From NCBI GenBank assembly GCA_012295275.1, contig CM022671.1:7936001-8000000 (forward strand): 64,000 nucleotides of DNA, read 5' to 3'. The DNA comes from Chrysomallon squamiferum (taxonomy: Eukaryota > Animalia > Mollusca). Within the stretch, counting starts at the first letter, position 1; every line of letters starts with the position of its first letter. Positions 56,770-64,000 of this stretch are shown piece by piece. Both the position numbers and the translations under genes were made by a program. Below the pieces are notes generated by a model. That model had not been told where the DNA came from, ran no database searches, and saw nothing but the letters and a program-made list of their open reading frames with translations.

Positions 56770-57025
56770 TCATGAACATACATACATACATACATATTGA
56801 CGGGTTAGAACCAGAAGTTCTTAAGTGCTTATATATTTGTACATATATACACTCATGAACACACAAACAAGCAGTCATGCATGCCCATACACACACACAT
56901 ATATACATAAATACAAATATACTAACATATACACATACATATGAACATACACACAAAACTAAATTCATACACACTTGAATGGAATTACAAACATAGATAT
57001 ACACAGACAGACAGACAGACATACA

Positions 57026-57057
<32 letters not shown>

Positions 57058-57183
57058 CACATACACATATACATAAATACAAATATACTAACACACACAC
57101 ATACATATGAACATACACACAAAACTAAATTCATACACACTTGAATGGAATTACAAACATAGATATAATCAGACATACATACA

Positions 57184-57215
<32 letters not shown>

Positions 57216-57245
57216 CATACATATATATAACACAAATATATATGT
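56688..57245. repeat. (TA)n and (CATA)n tracts with a 166-bp two-copy duplication
   Basis: atatacataaatacaaatatactaac...cacttgaatggaattacaaacatagatat occurs at 56901 and 57067. Confidence 0.9.
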
Positions 57246-57844
57246 AAAACAAATGAAATTCAGCAACAAGCTAAAAACAATTTTATCAAGGGAAACAAAA
57301 CTATAAATGTGATTATTTTCCAGTCAGAGTCTATAGCCAAGTATATAAAATGGATGTCAATAAAATAAATACTTACACACACACACAAAGGTGTGAGTGT
57401 GTTAGACTGTCTACAAACTGACAGCTTGCACCAGATGTGTGTATGTAAAACAGATATAGGTCTGAATCATGTAAACAGCCCCTTTCATACACACACACTA
57501 TCTCCTTATGTTCATATGTAACATCTGTTATCAACTGTTACACAAAGAAAAAAAAAACATGAAAAAAAAAAAAAGAAAGATAAAGACATGTTCTTAAAAA
57601 AAAAAAAATGTAAATAATAACTATAATGATGATGATGATGATGATGATGGTTATAATGAAGATGATGATAATGATGATAAGAATAATAACAATAATAATA
57701 ATATTGATAATAATGATAATGAAGATGATTATGATGATAACAAAGAATAAACTGAAACTAAATTTAAATATATATATATTATTCCCACTGAGTTCTCTAA
57801 AACATCTGTGTGTGTTTATTATATTTTCTTTCATTAATTATTTA

Positions 57845-57916
<72 letters not shown>

Positions 57917-58534
57917 GTCATTATTATTAGTAGTAGTAGTAGTAGTAATGTCATTGTTTTTATTATTATTATATTTTCCTTTTCATTACTTTTTTTTTTT
58001 TTTTTTTTTCCCTTTTTTCTTAAATTATAATTTTCAGTTCCAAAAATATATAATATATATAAAAATATTTATAAATTCTTACAAGATTCAAAATTTAAAT
58101 AAAGTTAATAACTCTGGGCTTAAATCTTTTCACTGATAGTTGATTAAAATCATTACATATCGCCGCCATTTTCTCTAGACTGGTAGTTTTTTTTTCTAGG
58201 GAGTGTTTTATTCACTATTTCGGAAAAATCTATTTTAAACAGCAAAACTTTATTCTGTGTAATTGTGTATTTATTTTTACTCACTAATTTTAAACTCCTT
58301 TGTAAGCAACAAATGAAAAGAAGCTTTGTGACATTTGAGGAGTTTGTTATTTAAAAATATTTCGTATTTATGAATTATTTATTTGTGAAGTTCAGACTGA
58401 CTTTCCAGTGCAGTTGAGCCCATAAAATTATCATTAATGGCAGGAGACATGTAATTACAGGTAGCACACTGAACCATCTGTTTATCTAATTTCAATTATA
58501 CACTTGTATTTATTACCTTGGGATATATAGACAG

Positions 58535-58850
58535 ATAGATAGAGACAGACTGACAGACATTCATCCATGTGTACATATACACAAACACACACATATATAT
58601 ATATACATACATACACACACATAACATATACATAAACATATATATATATACACATACACAAACACATATATACATATACATACATACATATACATACATA
58701 CATACATACATATACATACATATACATATATATACATACATACATACACACACATATATATATATATATACACATATACATATACATACATAGAGATATA
58801 CATATGCATACATATATAGACACACATACATACATACATACATATATGTA
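58535..58850. repeat. Compound (CA)/(TA)/(CATA)n microsatellite
   Basis: Direct inspection. Confidence 0.9.
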
Positions 58851-59249
58851 TATCAGTTAATTAACCTCCTGTATTATAACAGATTGTTTCTATTCTGAAT
58901 TAGTTGAGGGTTGTTGTTGTTTCTGGGATAATGTTACCCAATGATAGTGAATAGTTTTAAATAAATAAATAGTGTTAGTGTTAAATATTCTAAGCTAGGA
59001 TGAAACATTATTACTGTTATTGTTTTTATTTTTATTGTTGTTGTTGTTATTAGTATCATCATTATAATAATAATAATAATAATAATAATAATTATTATAT
59101 TATTATAATTATAATTATAATAATTATTATTATTCACTTTTATCAAAGAAACCAGTTTCCTGATTTTATATATATACCACAATTATATCAGCCAAACTTT
59201 GTTTTTAAATTGCACTTATTTCTGACACGTATTAATTTTAAAAAATAAG

Positions 59250-60900
59250 ACGTATGCACGTGCAGCAAGTAAAACATTCAGTTTGATTCCTCAAGTAAAA
59301 CTCCTGGATTTCAGCAAGCCACATTTTACGTGATAACGTAGTAAACGGTTCTTTCTGTGTGCCGTTTAATACTTCTTATATCATTCTGTTATCACTCATC
59401 TCTGTTCCAAAAATACCTTGTAGCCTCGCTTAGCAGAGATCGTGGTGAGAAAGAGCTTCCAGATACCTGCATCTTTTGCTATATACCGTTAAAGCATGTT
59501 GAAGCACAGTTTCACATTCAGAATACAAAAGCATCAAACATTGTTGATCTCGCGATTGCATTGCTTAATTAAATATCTTATCTTGTTAATATAAATTTCA
59601 TTAACACTGTTTTTAACGTTCGAGAAATTTCCAAACGTTTTGAGGCAGAACTTTGTTGTTTTTCTCCTAATATTGATTTTTCTCGTGCCATCGATTCTTG
59701 ACGAAAGACGCTTAAAAAAAAAAAAAAAAAAAGGATGCTGTTCTCTCTTTTTTAAAATAGTGGCTTTTAAGAAATAAATTTGTATCGCTAAAATGAATGA
59801 TATTGTATAAAATACAGTTCAACGAATGTGTCTTTACACAGAATGCTACAAGATGCTGAAGAGAATAAACGGGTTTACTTACATTGGTCGAGCAATCTGA
59901 CAGATAACGGTATATTCGCCTCAACTCTCCGAGAATATGACGCTCGGTCACGTGCCTTGTAACACATGGCATTCTAAATATGGCAACTGCACGCGTGCGT
60001 CGTTTTCGAAGCACATATCGTATTTCTAATATAAAAGCGAAAACGCTGTTATTAACCAGTATTTTTTTTTCTTTCTTTCTTTCTTCTGTTAATCACCAGA
60101 ACACTCGCAATAAAATATACCGTGACATTGTTTGAGCATTCAAATAAGAAGAAGAAAAAAAAAAAAGAGAAGAAGAAAAAAGATTTATTGGTTTAGCGAA
60201 TTTTAATTAATTTTGTTATTGTTTGGGATTTTATAAATAAATCAAAAACAGAACCGTATAAAAAAATATCTTCCAAGATTTAATTTATTTTTAAAATACG
60301 CTGTGTCTTTTTAACATGCGAAGTTGATAATTTCATAGCTCCAGTCGATTTGCAAAACAGTTTCTGAGAAGCCTCAAATATCAAGTATAATCGGAAGCCG
60401 TTTGACGTCTCGTGAAAGAAATCTTAAGTTGAAGTTCAGTTTAAAACGATATTTATGATCAACACGTTGAATTTTACATATCGTACATATTCTGTCGATT
60501 TACTTTTGCTTCTTCATGCCTTTGCTTCTGTAGGTAAATTCCATGCAGATAATGTTATCTCTGGGATTCGTTTTTTTGACCGACCAAATTAATATTGCAT
60601 ACTAAATTCAGATTGTCAAACAAAAATTACTACATGCTTTCATGAAAATAATAAGTTGTTTATCATCATTATCTTCATTTTGACATGGAAATTTGGATCA
60701 GGCCGGGCACATTTTGTTTAAATTTGTGGGTGTGTGAATGTATGCGCGCGCGCGTTGGTAGGTTGGAGTATCGACAAAGGCCATTGTCGGCGAAGCTGAA
60801 AAATAATGAATGGTATTGTACGGTATCAGTACAATGGCGTAGGTTTGCCTGACGTTACTTAAAACGTTAGGACGTGGTGTTTCATTTATTTAAGGCATGG
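59250..60900. promoter_or_regulatory. CpG-enriched region, probable promoter and 5' exon area of the RING gene
   Basis: CpG density is visibly higher than in the gene bodies. It contains an E-box GTCACGTG at 59947-59954, a (CG)n run at ~60744 and a candidate + strand donor TAG|GTAAAT at 60533/60534. Confidence 0.45.
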
Positions 60901-61044
60901 TTTCAGATATAATTTTTTTGTTTGTTTGTTTTAAAGAAGACATTAACATGTGGACCGGGATGATATATCATTTATCAGCAGCAGCATCAGTACAGTTATT
61001 GCCGTTGTTATTTAGCTTTCTTTTTTCTTATTTATTTATTTACT

Positions 61045-61101
<57 letters not shown>

Positions 61102-61464
61102 TAACGAGATTCCAAATGAGATGCCACAGAAGTGTATAGTTTCACAGTGACAGTTCTCTCTTCATTGTTCTAGTTTCTCTTGTCAAATTTTTGTCAGTTA
61201 AATTTTTTACAATGGATATGTTTGTTTTAATCATGTCGATCTTCATCATTTTTTAAATTATTATTATTTCTTCTTTTTTTTTTTTTTTTCCTTTTTTTTC
61301 TTCTTTTTTTAATTTTTTTTTTTTTTTTTTTTATCAATTATTTATTTTAGAGTAATAAGATGTTTTTAATTCTTTAATTATGTCGTTGAAATACACAAGA
61401 TTCTCACACTGAATAGCTAAAATACTACTGTTAACTCCTCTACTACTACTGCTGCTGCTATTAT

Positions 61465-61499
<35 letters not shown>

Positions 61500-61797
61500 G
61501 TTGTTGCTGTTGTTGTTTCTATTAAATATTACTAATCATCGTAGTGGTTTTGGAACACAGTTATTAAAAAGACATGAACAAAACTGAAAAGTTTATATTT
61601 CTCTAATGGCTGGATAACATTCATATAGGAACATTTTAATAATCATAATTCACTGACGATTAAGAATTAAAATTTATCTTGAAAATAAATCGTTTTTATA
61701 TATATATATATATATAAAGCCTGCTAGTGAGTGTCACTGTTAGAATCAAATATTCATAAATTAATCTGATGTGCAACAACAACAGCAGCAGTAATAA

Positions 61798-61828
<31 letters not shown>

Positions 61829-61938
61829 AAGAAAGAAAGAACGAGTTAAAGAAAGAAAGAAAATATTAAACAGTAGAAATTGTCGTGAATGTAATCTTTG
61901 AGGGATATTCTGTTTATTATTATATAATTTTATTTTTA

Positions 61939-61980
<42 letters not shown>

Positions 61981-63277
61981 GCTTTGTCAGGATGAGCCAA
62001 CATAAATTACTGCCAATCGACACATTAGAGGGCGCTCCTTAGTAACAGGTGCTTGTTTCCATGTTCCCTACAGAAATCGTTCCTGCATTCGCTTCCAATA
62101 CTATTATCTAAATAATTTCAGCATATGGGTCATTTGCTGAATTTAATTACCAATTTTTGTATCAATAATGCAATGTAAATAAATAATGTTATGTACTGTA
62201 TAGTAAATCATAACGGTTATATGCTAAAATCATTGACATATTTATTTTTACAAGTTGATTATCACGCGCATCATTTTACACTCGACACCGTCGTCCAACA
62301 GAGAAGAAAATGTCGCTGTCAAACTATATTCCAAATTTATAAAGAAACTGCGTTTAACTTTACGTGAACTTTAAGCATGGGTACTTTTCAATTTTAATAC
62401 TTTTAATTCCGAAGGATCATTTTAAATATTTAGTTATATAAACTGATTATCTGCATTTGATATATATGTCATAAAATAATATGTATATATGGAACTTGAT
62501 CCGACCTTGTCCTTGGACATGGTTATGTGGAATGACAAATGAAAATCAAATTAAAAGTTTTTGAAGCAGTCAGTGTAAGCACATACTATTAATTAGCATC
62601 TTTTAAACACATTGTATACTTTCGTTTGTAATTCGAATTAAAATGAGAACATTTGCTGCTGTTTAATGTAAAAAAAAATGTAGATAAAATGATCATGTAA
62701 AACAAAAAGTAATAAATTATTAAATAATGGAAGAGAAATTCAAGCCAGTGTGTTCATGATCAAGTACTAATATCATTATGACTTTGTTTGAGTTACTTTC
62801 GGAATTTGAATGTAATTATTCAATACATTTGAGCTGTTTACATTTGTTTTTATATTGATTCAGTTAAATGTCATGTAAAACAACAGAAAAGAATGATTTC
62901 ATTTCATTATTCATATTAGTCAGATGTGTATTGAACAGTTACCCAAGAGAGTACACTGAGATGACAAAATGATCAAACAACTTGATCTCAAAGTGACCAG
63001 TTAATATGAACATGTTAATTAATGTACCAGGTTTTATACGATAGAGCTTTCGTTTGTTTCAGCGATGTTGTTTTACCATTATAGTCAAATACTTTATTAT
63101 CTGTTTAAAAATAGTTATAAATATTATGTTTATTCTGAGATAATGGATTTTGTTTAGATTAAAACACACCTTCACGATTTTTTATAATGATGTGTGAATA
63201 ATAATTTAAAAAATTGGATTGATAAATTATTTATTTCTGCAGCTTTATGACATAGTGTAGTTGCTGTAGGAGTTACA

Positions 63278-63447
63278 ATGGAGACAGATTCTAGTAGCTT
63301 CCTAGCCCTCATAGAGGCTGTACTTAGCTTGGCTGCTCCACCAGTTCCTCGTCCCCGTGATCCAATCGTTAAAGCTGGCGGCTATCCAGAAGATATGTTC
63401 CTTCATCTGTCAGAAGAAGACCGAGATGAATTTGAATGCACCATCTG
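63278..63447 (+). CDS. First coding exon of a probable RING-finger E3 ligase (TRAF/RNF41/PDZRN-type N-terminus); continues beyond the window
   Basis: Acceptor ttctgcag| at 63242 and start context ACAATGG. Translation METDSSSFLALIEAVLSLAAPPVPRPRDPIVKAGGYPEDMFLHLSEEDRDEFECTI, then TG|gtatgt. The split codon probably completes CxxC. The pattern G-Y-x3-4-F...E-F-E-C-x-I-C is the typical lead-in to TRAF-type RING-HC domains. Confidence 0.65.
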
Positions 63448-64000
63448 GTATGTTCAGTTAGCCATTTCTTAACATAAAAACCTTTTCTGTGTACTGGACA
63501 TTTGTTAAAATTGGTCATGGTATGTGCCAGTTTATGGAACTGTTATTATTGTTTGTAGTATCTGATCATATTTTGTGAACCTTCTTCTCATGGTTGTGTG
63601 TGTGTGTGTGTGTGTGTGTTTTAACTGTATAAATATATTCTACAGGAAGTAGCTTATAAATACCCAATAATGTTGAAAGAGTTAAGGAAATTATATTTCC
63701 AAATTTATACCATTTGTAGTAGAATAAAACACCAACTGGTTCTTGAATACATATGCTTTTATTTTGAAATAAAACTTTTATTAAGATTTAATTGAATTAA
63801 AAATTTGTTTATACTTTGTAAGTCATGTATTCAGGTACAGTTATTTATATTGGTGCTTATATTTTTGGCAGCTATCAGATTCTTAAGAAAGCCATGCAGT
63901 GCAGTAACAATCACAAGTTCTGTCATAACTGCATATACGTATGGTCAACCAGTGGCAGACACTTGAATCGAACTCGGTGTCCAGTTTGCAGGGTTGATGG

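Noticed and set aside
56684-58843. Multiple MYVC/YIHT-repeat ORFs
   Set aside because: Translations of (CATA)n and (TA)n microsatellites.
59712-60014. 100-aa minus-strand ORF in the CpG-rich region
   Set aside because: Non-ATG start, ends in poly-Phe from an A-run, and has no recognisable domain. Better explained as promoter sequence.

Overview
AT-rich, microsatellite-dense animal genomic DNA with spliceosomal GT-AG introns. It is probably a lophotrochozoan such as a mollusc; that is inference, not something the sequence proves. I reconstructed four protein-coding genes by hand from splice sites and reading phase. (1) The 3' half of a MAGI-family PDZ scaffold (+, 10 exons, 2327-21545, PDZ3-PDZ5). 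(2) A complete CFAP100/CCDC37 ciliary gene (-, 15 coding exons, 35233-26706) with an RFX X-box at its promoter. (3) An uncharacterised 288-aa type I membrane protein (-, 6 coding exons, 48162-41118) with a CUB-like ectodomain. Its tail carries all three ESCRT 'late-domain' motif classes (PSAP, PPxY twice, LYPSL), a CCCC cluster and a syndecan-like -YA C-terminus. (4) The first coding exon of a probable TRAF/RNF41-type RING protein (+, from 63278). Other notable items: a TA-flanked pogo/Tigger MITE that closely resembles mammalian Tigger4b as I recall it; tandemly duplicated splice acceptors in MAGI; a ~350-bp inverted repeat pair around the CFAP100 5' end; a canonical X-box inside a coding exon; and three single-base frame breaks that are most likely assembly indels. 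Most ORFs in the supplied track are artefacts of simple repeats.
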